Origin: a virus
Taxonomy: Duplodnaviria > Caudoviricetes
Virus record (IMG/VR): IMGVR_UViG_2571042740_000001
Span: 10,801-74,800 of that record
Direction: 5' to 3' (one strand)
DNA: 64,000 bases
Shown: one piece after another, positions 9,194 through 18,600 of the stretch
Layout: each line of letters opens with the position of its first letter
How positions within the stretch are numbered: position 1 is the first letter of the stretch
Notes under the pieces: generated by a model
What the model saw: the letters and a program-made list of their open reading frames with translations, nothing else
Databases searched by the model: none
Told to the model about the DNA's origin: nothing
Translations under genes and position numbers: made by a program

Positions 9194-9865
9194 TCAAATT
9201 GTCACATCTACAACCTTCACAGCGCGGATCATCGGACTGGTATTGTCGGTGATCGCTTTCCATGCAAGGTAATACTCTCCCGAAGGAATGTTACTGCACT
9301 CATGCAGTACATTGACATAGTTGCCCACAGTGCCGAGCCAGCCGAACGGAACAGAAATAGCACTATGATTCCGGATAGCCTCATAGATATACCTTGCAGT
9401 TTCTGCCGAAGAAAGACCGGCGTTATTTTTCGGAACAAGCCACATCTCACCGATATCCGTAGCACCCGACTTATAGCTCAGCATGATCTTGTTAGAAGAG
9501 CTGATGTGAACAGGCTCCACACACATCGTGTAAATGGTCTGCCCCCAGTTGAAGTCCGGCTGATTGTAGTAGATCGCATAGCCGTTCTCTTCGCAGCAGA
9601 AATGCTGATAGGATTCTGTGAAGCCTGCAAGGGAGCGATAGCCGTCGTTATAGAAGGTGTAGACCTTTTCGCCGTAATCATGGAGCGCGTCAATGGAAGC
9701 CCTGAACAGCGTGACATCCGGCTTTGTCTGCGGGATCTGTAGCACCTTCGGCACGAGTGAGTTCAGCTTTTCAGATTCCGAAGCCTGCACGCCCATTGTG
9801 ACAAGATTTCGGGCTAAAGCATCCCTCTGCTCATCGAGAGCCGTCAGATAGTTTCCGATACTCAT
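9194..9865 (-). CDS. Hypothetical tail-associated protein
   Basis: Overlaps the upstream fibre gene stop; position between tail genes and holin. Confidence 0.7.
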   Translation of the reverse strand: MSIGNYLTALDEQRDALARNLVTMGVQASESEKLNSLVPKVLQIPQTKPDVTLFRASIDALHDYGEKVYTFYNDGYRSLAGFTESYQHFCCEENGYAIYYNQPDFNWGQTIYTMCVEPVHISSSNKIMLSYKSGATDIGEMWLVPKNNAGLSSAETARYIYEAIRNHSAISVPFGWLGTVGNYVNVLHECSNIPSGEYYLAWKAITDNTSPMIRAVKVVDVTI

Positions 9866-11220
9866 GTCGTCACCTCCACAATATCCGCCAGTGCTGTCTC
9901 AACTCCGGAGAGGGCTTCCTCAACAGCAGAAAGCCTTGAGAGAATATCCGAGATACTCGTCCTGCACCCCTGCATATCATAGAGGATCTCAGTCTTGAAG
10001 CGCTCAAATACTCCCTCATTGACACCCACACGCTCAGTCAGATTCATGGCTGTAGTATATGCATCGTTCCAGCGAGTGACGTGGGATTCCGTGATACTGT
10101 TCAGCGTCGTAAGGTTGTGATGCCAGTGGGCCTGTCCGACAACTGTTGCGATGGATGCGATATCATCAAGCATTTCCTGTGTGATGCCGTCCAGCACTGC
10201 CTTGTTTGTATGCGAATGCGACTGTGCGGAGACTTCGCTCAGACCTGTAGACAGCCCATGCAGAGCGCTTGCGGTTGAAGCCTGAAAAGCAGCTTGATCA
10301 CGCATATACTGTTCTGTGATGGTATCCAGCACATCCTTGTTGTTATGTGTATGCGCAGCAGAACTGATCGGAAGAAGTGCTTCCCGGATATCATGAATAT
10401 CATAGGTTGTTGCATCCTCAAACTGCTGCAAGCCCTGCAGGTCAGCAAGTAGCGCCGCCGTCAGTGCATTCAGCACATCGAGATTCGCATGGCTGTGCGT
10501 ACTCGGTCTGAGGTTCTCCACAGCTTCGTTCAATGTCTGAATCTCGTACTGTGTTCTGTCCTCAAACTGCTGCAGGTCGTCAAGCTCCTGCAGAAGTTCA
10601 GGTGTGATTGCATCGAGCGTTTCCTTGTTATCGTGGCTGTGTGCCTCTTCTGCAACGGGAGCGATCTCACGCTCGATGATCGTTGTGACCTCAGATGTTT
10701 TCGGGTACTCCGACATATCCGGCGTGATGCCGTCCTTGCCCTTCAGACTTTCCAGCCACTCCTCTTCAGTGCCGACATAGCCGTGCTCCACAGCGATTTC
10801 ATAGGCACTCTTGCCGTCCAGTCCATGCTCTGCATCCTCGATACGCTTCAGAAGCTGCGTATACAGATCAGGTGTTGGCGGGATGGGCGGATCATCACCC
10901 TCAAAGCCGGATTCACGAATATTCAGCGTAACCGGAACAGTTGTTGCTCTCACGGTTGTATCGGATTCCGTATCGTAGCCGAATACAGCCATTTTTGCCG
11001 CACCTGCGTGAAGCTCCGCAGGCAGATACAAAGTCGTTCCATCCGTGCCGAGCACAACGGAATACACCTCATCACACTGCGAAAACTGCACGACCTTGTG
11101 AAAACGCTTCCAATCGCCGTCAAATGTGAATTTGAACTGCACATACTGAATCTGGTGGTCCGCAAGCACTTCACGTTCAATGATCTCAATGCTCTGGTTC
11201 TTTACAAGGAATTTCCACAT
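9862..11220 (-). CDS. Tail fibre / upper baseplate-like protein with HxH-N repeats
   Basis: N-terminal baseplate-like domain, GKSAYEIAV..G motif, five H.H.N...L..(I/L)T repeats. Confidence 0.75.
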   Translation of the reverse strand: MWKFLVKNQSIEIIEREVLADHQIQYVQFKFTFDGDWKRFHKVVQFSQCDEVYSVVLGTDGTTLYLPAELHAGAAKMAVFGYDTESDTTVRATTVPVTLNIRESGFEGDDPPIPPTPDLYTQLLKRIEDAEHGLDGKSAYEIAVEHGYVGTEEEWLESLKGKDGITPDMSEYPKTSEVTTIIEREIAPVAEEAHSHDNKETLDAITPELLQELDDLQQFEDRTQYEIQTLNEAVENLRPSTHSHANLDVLNALTAALLADLQGLQQFEDATTYDIHDIREALLPISSAAHTHNNKDVLDTITEQYMRDQAAFQASTASALHGLSTGLSEVSAQSHSHTNKAVLDGITQEMLDDIASIATVVGQAHWHHNLTTLNSITESHVTRWNDAYTTAMNLTERVGVNEGVFERFKTEILYDMQGCRTSISDILSRLSAVEEALSGVETALADIVEVTT

Positions 11221-12569
11221 TATTCACGCACCTCCGTCCATTCGTGGGTTTCTGTATCATACTGCATATATCCGTCAAGACAGATGACCCTGTGCATATT
11301 ACCGGGCGCAGTACTACTATTGCCGTCCCAGTTAGATTCCTTTGTCACTGCTGCCCATTCTGCAAGAGTGCCCTCATAGGTGATCTCCTGAATTGGAGTG
11401 TAATTTATCATATGAGCGCAGATCTTTGTTACATTATGGCTCAGAGTAAGGCTCCGAAGCGGTGTGCTAACAAAACAAAAACCCGGAACTATAGCACATT
11501 CTACTCTTGCTCTTGAAAGATAAGGGCAGCCCATGAAGATATATGTGCCGAGTGTAGTAAGTGTTTCTGGAAGTGTCACATTCGTAATATGCTGGTCCAC
11601 AAATGCTTTCTCTCCGATTGCGGTTATATTCGCCGGAATAATAAGCTCGGTTAGTCCGCCGTGTTCGTACATAAAGAATGCACGCTCTCCGATCTCGGTA
11701 AGAGTTGTCGGAAAGCTGACAGACTCCATATTTTTACATCGTTCAAAGTTACTCTTACCGATAGCGGTAATGCCTTCGGAAATAACAAGTGAACGGATAT
11801 TTTCATTCTCCCAGAACGGTGAATCACCAAGTTCATAATCATAGGTCACACCGGTACCATGAAGAAGCAGTTTTCCGTTCTCGTACAGTACATAGTGGAT
11901 ATGCTCGCCGCAGGTACCGATCTCAACGATACCGCCGATGATATCATCGACTTCGGTCTGAAGTGCCTCCACCTGATGACTGAGTTCTGCAATGGTCTGA
12001 TTGTTCTCCTGAACCTCTGCGATAAGCTGTGCAAGCTGAGACTGCATATCCGTTACTTTGCATTTACCGAGGATGCATTTGCAGTAGCCGCAGACATTCT
12101 TGTCCTCTCGATAATCGTACCAGTCACGCTCTGTAAGGTCGGTAGCACCCGGATTCAGACGAACCGCATACATGAGCAGTCTTGTTTTATATTCATCTGT
12201 CGGCAGTGACGGCAGGCTCGGATTCTCCGCAGGCGTACCGGGCGTTATCTCAAGAGATACATTTCGTACTGATTCTCCGACATCAAGCAGAATTGCGATC
12301 GCCACATAACGCGGTAGCGACTCATCCTGATACTCTGTAAGGTCAATGGTGTAGCGGGAGTCGTTGACGAAATAGTGGCCGTCGATCCATGCTTTGCCTG
12401 TGCCGAGCCTGACTTTGAGGCCGGTGTCGGCGGTGGTCAGCTTGAAACACTGCCCATATGTGTCGAGAATACCGTTGCAGATGATGCTACTGAGATACTC
12501 TGTGAAGTTCTCTGCCGTATAGGTTCTGTCAAGCCCTTTTGAATTGAAAAAACCGCATGAAAATGCCAT
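11220..12569 (-). CDS. Minor tail protein with C-terminal BspA-like leucine-rich repeats
   Basis: N-terminal GFFNS...DRTY phage structural domain; repeats ISEGITAIG..F, FPTTLTEIGERAF, IPANITAIGEKAF. Confidence 0.8.
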   Translation of the reverse strand: MAFSCGFFNSKGLDRTYTAENFTEYLSSIICNGILDTYGQCFKLTTADTGLKVRLGTGKAWIDGHYFVNDSRYTIDLTEYQDESLPRYVAIAILLDVGESVRNVSLEITPGTPAENPSLPSLPTDEYKTRLLMYAVRLNPGATDLTERDWYDYREDKNVCGYCKCILGKCKVTDMQSQLAQLIAEVQENNQTIAELSHQVEALQTEVDDIIGGIVEIGTCGEHIHYVLYENGKLLLHGTGVTYDYELGDSPFWENENIRSLVISEGITAIGKSNFERCKNMESVSFPTTLTEIGERAFFMYEHGGLTELIIPANITAIGEKAFVDQHITNVTLPETLTTLGTYIFMGCPYLSRARVECAIVPGFCFVSTPLRSLTLSHNVTKICAHMINYTPIQEITYEGTLAEWAAVTKESNWDGNSSTAPGNMHRVICLDGYMQYDTETHEWTEVRE

Positions 12570-12573
12570 AATA

Positions 12574-13686
12574 TCATTCCTTTCTGAATGTCGGTGTCAG
12601 GCTTCTGCCGTTCTGATCGAAAGCCTCGATCATGCCGATAAGCTGCACTTTCGGCTGTAGCATACCAAATCGCTTATGCTCGACAGTCACATAATCACCG
12701 ACGAAATAATCACGGTTGTAGACATATTGCGTGCTATCCGCTGCAATCTCCGACTCCGATGCAGTTTTCGGATCGACCAGCTTTTCAGACCCGCGTGTTT
12801 TCAGCAGTGCGATATACTGCCCCTCCGGAATCGGCACTGTTTCACCTTCGACCTGTTCCTCCTCTGAGATGTCCTTTGCATCAACATAAAGCTCGTACCT
12901 GTCAAGATAGGTCGGCTCAGTATCCACACAATATGTGGTATTCTTGCGCTCTGCGCCCTCACCGTGACCATAGATGTAGGCGAAGTTGCGAGTAACAGCA
13001 GAATCTGAAGCATATGAGAATGACAACAGATTGCTGTAGGCATCGGAGAATATAATGTGCGGATTCTCTTCCTGCAATAGACTGCGGTCTGTGCCTTCTG
13101 CGAGATCAAGCACCATTTTATAGGTTTCGCCAACATCCTTCACAAGTCGGATATTTGCAGAGCCGCCGATCTTCTCACAGATCGTGTATACCCATTCCAT
13201 GAGATTTTCATAGGATACCTGCAGCGTTGCGGTTTGTTCCCAGCAAGCCCCCGATACTGAGCCGAGTGATAAGCCGGGAATGCGACGGTTATCATTGAGA
13301 AGTGTATTCTGCCTGACAATATCATGCACAATTTCGCTGTATGCCTTCTGCGCCGTGACATTATATGTCGGGTGAATGATGCGGCGCTCCAGCAGGCACA
13401 TGAGAAATCTGCCTTTTACGGTCAGATAGTCGCCGTTCTCAGCATCTGTATCAATTTGAACGGAATCAATAATGCCGAAATGCTGACTGTCATCATCCCT
13501 GCCGACAATTCTGCCTGTCTGGAAGATTGATAGATTCTCCGGATTGGCGGCGATATACACTTCAAAGCAGCCGCACTGATAATACTCAATATCCCACAGT
13601 AGCGAGGAAAAACTGTCACACACTGCTTCGAGTGTGATCGTTAGGCTGTCTGCCTCAGCGTCCATTCTGTATACTTCAATCTGCAT
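12574..13686 (-). CDS. Siphovirus Gp37-like (ReqiPepy6-type) tail protein
   Basis: SLLWDIEYYQCG.FE, RYELYVDAKDI, DYFVGDYVTV; follows Dit. Confidence 0.8.
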   Translation of the reverse strand: MQIEVYRMDAEADSLTITLEAVCDSFSSLLWDIEYYQCGCFEVYIAANPENLSIFQTGRIVGRDDDSQHFGIIDSVQIDTDAENGDYLTVKGRFLMCLLERRIIHPTYNVTAQKAYSEIVHDIVRQNTLLNDNRRIPGLSLGSVSGACWEQTATLQVSYENLMEWVYTICEKIGGSANIRLVKDVGETYKMVLDLAEGTDRSLLQEENPHIIFSDAYSNLLSFSYASDSAVTRNFAYIYGHGEGAERKNTTYCVDTEPTYLDRYELYVDAKDISEEEQVEGETVPIPEGQYIALLKTRGSEKLVDPKTASESEIAADSTQYVYNRDYFVGDYVTVEHKRFGMLQPKVQLIGMIEAFDQNGRSLTPTFRKE

Positions 13687-13689
13687 ATA

Positions 13690-14547
13690 TCACACTCCAA
13701 GATAAGCATTTGTGTGTACGATCGTCACTTTCAGATTTTGCAGTCCGGTACCGCGCAGATAAAAGCGGTTTTTGCCTTCACGCAGCGTCAGCCATGTTGA
13801 ACCGGAAACAAGACGGTTGATGATATTCGTCTTAACGCCGCCTCTGTCAAGCGTGACCGTCTTATGACCTGTCTTTGTTGTAACAGTAATGATATCACCT
13901 GCGAGAATATCGCCCGTGATCTGCAAATATTCATCGGTATCCGCATTGTACAGCGTGGGTGATCTTGCATCTTCGAGGGCTTCAATCTGCAAAGTAAAGC
14001 CTATCTCGTCACCATCGTTGATGATCTCCATGATGTTTTGTGTATTGTATTTGCCCAGTACAAATGGCTCCGGGTTGCTCTCGGTCGGAAACGGGAATGT
14101 GAAAGCGCCAGTGATCTGGCTGTAATATGCCATGACGGATTCCGTGGAGTACCAGTAGATGTCCGGGCAGAGTATGGATATCTGTCCAGTGACAAGCTGC
14201 TCAAAGTTGCTGACCTCGCAAGTTTCCACATAGCCCTCGGTGAAAACATCTATGCCTGCCGTCTTGTAGTAGACCTTGACATATCGGCTCGGTTTCACCA
14301 CCTTGTATAGCTGATGTCGGCGGCCTTCTACGCCCACACCTCGCATCTCAAAGTGAATGACCACATTACGCTTCTCGATGAAGGCGTTGTTCAGATAACT
14401 GCCGTCCATACCTGCGTAGGAGGAGGTGCTGATCGTGCCGGGCGGCGGAGAAAGCCCCTCGATCTTTGAGGTCATATATTGGTTTGCGGTCGCCGTCATG
14501 TTGATCTGGACTCCGGCTGCATTTTCTAATATAAGGCTGAAAAACAT
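13690..14547 (-). CDS. Distal tail protein (Dit)
   Basis: Directly downstream of the tape measure gene; GMDGS, ISILCPDIYW, WLTLREGKN. Confidence 0.8.
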   Translation of the reverse strand: MFFSLILENAAGVQINMTATANQYMTSKIEGLSPPPGTISTSSYAGMDGSYLNNAFIEKRNVVIHFEMRGVGVEGRRHQLYKVVKPSRYVKVYYKTAGIDVFTEGYVETCEVSNFEQLVTGQISILCPDIYWYSTESVMAYYSQITGAFTFPFPTESNPEPFVLGKYNTQNIMEIINDGDEIGFTLQIEALEDARSPTLYNADTDEYLQITGDILAGDIITVTTKTGHKTVTLDRGGVKTNIINRLVSGSTWLTLREGKNRFYLRGTGLQNLKVTIVHTNAYLGV

Positions 14548-14620
14548 GATAAGCACCCCCCTTGTTTTTTCTATGGGATTGATGTATAATACTTATATAA
14601 AAGTCTGAGAGGAGTTAAGT

Positions 14621-15625
14621 ATGAAACAGATTCAGATTGGCGATTACTTATTTATGTCTTGTGATGAAAAAGATAAAAAGAACATTGTAAATGATTTCAT
14701 AAAGAATGAAAGTGTGACTTTCCTCGAATACTATCAGTTTTTGCTAAATGGAGGATTTGATGAACTTGAAAAGCAACTGTTTGAACACTTTAAAATCAAA
14801 AAGTGGCCTTCAATAACGAATGACGATATTATTTGTAGCATTCTCCCTAAATCAGAACCTGATCGAATTAATAAAAGAAAAAAGAAAGACTATTATATAG
14901 CAAATGCATACTGTGCATTTGATGTGTTAAAACAGATATACAGTTTGGAATTATATAACCAATTGAAAAATATATCATCAACATACTATTTTACATACTA
15001 TCTTATTCTAAAAAACATCATGATGGATATAGATCAGCTTAAAAATTTATATAGTAATTTAATTGAAAACGACTTCAGATATCCAGCTTCTGTAAATAGA
15101 CCCATACATACAATGGAACTACACAATGTTCTACGCCAAGCTGTATACGGAAACATCTCTTTTCATTCATTTGCTGATTATGAAACCGCTGCACCTATTG
15201 CTGTAATTAGACAAATTATTGAATTGCGTATTCGGAGAGCAATCGGTGTTCTGGGCTATATTGATGAATCGAGTAATAACATCTATCCTTTGAAAATGAC
15301 AAAGGTATTTGAAATAATTAAACAGTATCCAGATATTATATTTCCAAATCACTTGACTTATCTTGAGCGAATATATCAATGGAGTAATTTGTACATCCAT
15401 TCTGGCAAAGGAGATTTTGCTTGGATTACGTTTTTCCTTGAGAAATATTTGCGCCCATTAAGTTTTGGAGACAGAAAAAAAGATGGGAACTGGAGCTTTA
15501 AAAATGCTATTACCGTAACCAAAGAAACATTAGATAATATTAAACAAGATATACAGAATCTGAATCCAAACCTTCAGCTATTAACGTGTGATCCTGAATG
15601 TGAACTTACTGAAAGACAGGATTAA
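14621..15625 (+). CDS. AT-rich moron, hypothetical (possible HEPN-like/defence protein)
   Basis: Low GC, own TGnTATAAT promoter (~14585), SD and downstream hairpin; WSNLYIH motif. Confidence 0.75.
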   Translation: MKQIQIGDYLFMSCDEKDKKNIVNDFIKNESVTFLEYYQFLLNGGFDELEKQLFEHFKIKKWPSITNDDIICSILPKSEPDRINKRKKKDYYIANAYCAFDVLKQIYSLELYNQLKNISSTYYFTYYLILKNIMMDIDQLKNLYSNLIENDFRYPASVNRPIHTMELHNVLRQAVYGNISFHSFADYETAAPIAVIRQIIELRIRRAIGVLGYIDESSNNIYPLKMTKVFEIIKQYPDIIFPNHLTYLERIYQWSNLYIHSGKGDFAWITFFLEKYLRPLSFGDRKKDGNWSFKNAITVTKETLDNIKQDIQNLNPNLQLLTCDPECELTERQD

Positions 15626-15641
15626 AAAAACATCTCCTCAA

Positions 15642-15678
15642 GAGCAACGCTCAATTATTAAAGTGTTGAGCGTTGCTT
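15642..15678. terminator. Hairpin terminator between the moron and the tape measure gene
   Basis: agcaacgctcaa...ttgagcgttgct. Confidence 0.6.
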
Positions 15679-15693
15679 GTGAAGAAGATATTT

Positions 15694-18600
15694 TTATATA
15701 TTAAGTGCATTCCGCGTCTGACGATAGATTTCCAGCCGTGACAGCGATTTCGGACTATTATTGGTCTGATTCACTGTGCGGCTGTTGTCGTTATTGTAGT
15801 TGTTCACCACAGTTGTGCCGCCCGCGCCTACCATTGCGCCGGTCACACCGGACATATCCACATTGAAGTCAGAATTCATCGCAATGGCCATAGCGTCCGC
15901 CACACCGGAGATTGCCTTCTCGACATATTTCTTGCTCTTGTTGATACCCTGTGCAAGCCCCTTCATGAAGTCCGGCATCCAGCTTTCAAACTCCGTCAGA
16001 GGTCCCTTATCAGGAACGGAGAAATGCAGATAATCGCTGATCGCTCGTGCCACATCCGCAACAGTGTTGATGAGATTGCCGAGCATATAGTTCAGACCGT
16101 TGATAAGGTTCTGCATGAGGTCGCGTCCCCACGACCATGAACTGTTGACCTTGTCCATGACCGCATCATATACAGCCCTCATTGCATTTGTGACTGCATC
16201 ACGCACGCCGCCAAGCCGATCACCGATACCGTTCCGGATATTATCCCAGATAGACAGCACAGCGTCCTTTACCTGATTCATTGGATTTCTCACGATATCC
16301 GGCATCGCGTTCCATACAGACTGCACCACGGTTCTGATCGCATTCAGCGCAGTATTCACTACATCCTTCGCAGCATTCCATGTTGTAGAGATCATATTTT
16401 TGATGTCAAGCTGTCCGGTATTGATGAGCGTTTTCATTGCTGTCCAGACCGCAGTCACGATCTTTTTGATCCCATCCAGTGCTGCCTCAATAACAGATAC
16501 AGCCGCTTTCCATGTTGTGGTGATGACCTTTTTGATGCTGTCGAGCGCATTTTCAACCACGGAAACAATGGCCTTCCATCCGCCTGTGATACCGATTTTG
16601 ATCTGCGACATGGTCGCATCAATTGCTGTATTCGCATTTGCCCAGACGTTTTTTACAGTATCAAAGACCTGTTCCATGAACCCCTGCACTGCAGTGACAA
16701 CATTGGACAGAGCATTTCTGATAACAGTGCTGATCGTTTCTGCAAGATTGCCTGCAAAGCCATTGATTGCATCGCCAACAACACCAGCGTTCTGGTTGAT
16801 ACCGTCTGCAAGTCCCTGCATGAAGTCAGGCATCCAGCTCTCGAAATCAGCCAGAGGTCCTTCATCCGGTACCGAGAAGTGCAGGAAAGACTTGATCTTA
16901 TCTGCAACGCCCTTTACAGCGTCTGCAACCTTGCCTATACAGTTTTTAATACCGCTGACAATGTTGTTGATGATATCCGCGCCCCACTGAAATGCCTGAG
17001 AGCCGAGATTTTTAATGAAGTTTACTGCCGCATTGAAGCCGTTGACAATCGTATCCTTGATGGCTGTGATCTTTTCGGTGACCGCTGATTTCACACTGTT
17101 CCAGATATTGGAGACAGTGTTTTTTATTGCGTTCATGACTGTGCTGACTGTATTTTTGATGCCGTTCCAGATGTTGGATACCGTAGAGGAAATAGCGTTC
17201 AGGACGCTGCCGACAAATCCGCTGATCGCATTCCATACAGCCGATACGACTGCATGAATCGCATTCAGCGTATTGGTGATGTGATTCTTAATGCTCTCCC
17301 AGATAGAGGAGATCACTGACCAGATTGCATTCAGAATACTGGAGATGAAGCCGGAGATCGCATTCCATACGGTAGAGATCACATTGGAAATGGTATCCAT
17401 TACCGTGCTGACAGTGGTAGAGATCGCATTCCAGATCGTTTCAAAAAATGTCTTGATGCCCTCTAGAACGATTGTCACAACAGCTTTTATCGTCTCCCAT
17501 GTTGTAGTGATCTTTTCGTGAATCCAGTCCATAACACGGGAGATGATCACATGGATCGCTTCAAAAATCGTCTCGAACAGATACCTGAATGCCTCCAGCA
17601 GCGGAGAGATAAAGTCGTAAATGGTCTGCCATACAGTTGTGATAACCGACCAGATCGCATTCAGCACCGTGCTGATCGCTGTATGAATCGCGTTCCAAAC
17701 GACAGTGATAACAGTTTGGATGAGGTTGATTTTCTCTGCGACGCTGTTGTAAATTGCAGTCCAGATACCGACAAAGAAATTCTTGATACCCGTCCAGATA
17801 GTTGTGAAAAAGTTCTTGATCGCATTGAGGACTGTGCTTACGAAGTTCTTTATACCGTTCCAGATGTTCACAAAGAAGTTCTTGATGCTCGTCCAGACGC
17901 CTACCCAGAAGTCCTTTACTTCACCAAGATCTGTACCGAAAATACCGCAGAGCATATTCAGCGCATTTTTCAGCGTATCCTTGATGAAATTCCATACCGC
18001 TACGAAAATACCCTTAATACCGTTCCATACCTTATCCCAGTCTCCCGTGAAGATGCCGACGAAAACATCCAGAACACTCAGGATGATGTCTGTCACGGCC
18101 TTGAAGATATTCGCGATCTGCTGGAACTGCCCCTCAAAGATCGGTTTCAGGAACTTGCAGAGACCGTCCCATACAGCCTTGATGATCTCGGTGATGTTTT
18201 TGAAATCGAAGCCCAGCGCATTGATACGGTCAACGATACCCTGACAGAAGCCGGAAAAGATACTTTTGATCTGTTCCCAGATCGCAGTGATCTTGTTTCG
18301 GAAGTCCTCATTTGTTTTCCATAGATGCACAAAAGCCGCTACCAGAGCGGCGATGACCGCAATGACAGCGACTACGGGTGCGGATATACCGCCGATAGCT
18401 GCGCCGAAGGATGAAAATGCTGCTTTTGCGCCTGCGATCATGGAAGGCAGGTTTGCTACAAGCTGCATCAGCTTGCCGACACCGACCATTGTTTTGCCGA
18501 TGACGAGAAGCAGCGGCCCCAGTGCCGCCGCCACAAGAGCGATTTTCACGATAGTCTCCTTCGTTGCCGGAGACATCGCATTGAATTTATCAATAAGTCC

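Noticed and set aside
9194-13686. Diversity-generating retroelement or invertible shufflon acting on tail genes
   Set aside because: No reverse transcriptase, no template/variable repeat pair and no inverted crossover sites seen by eye; a dot plot would be needed to exclude it fully.
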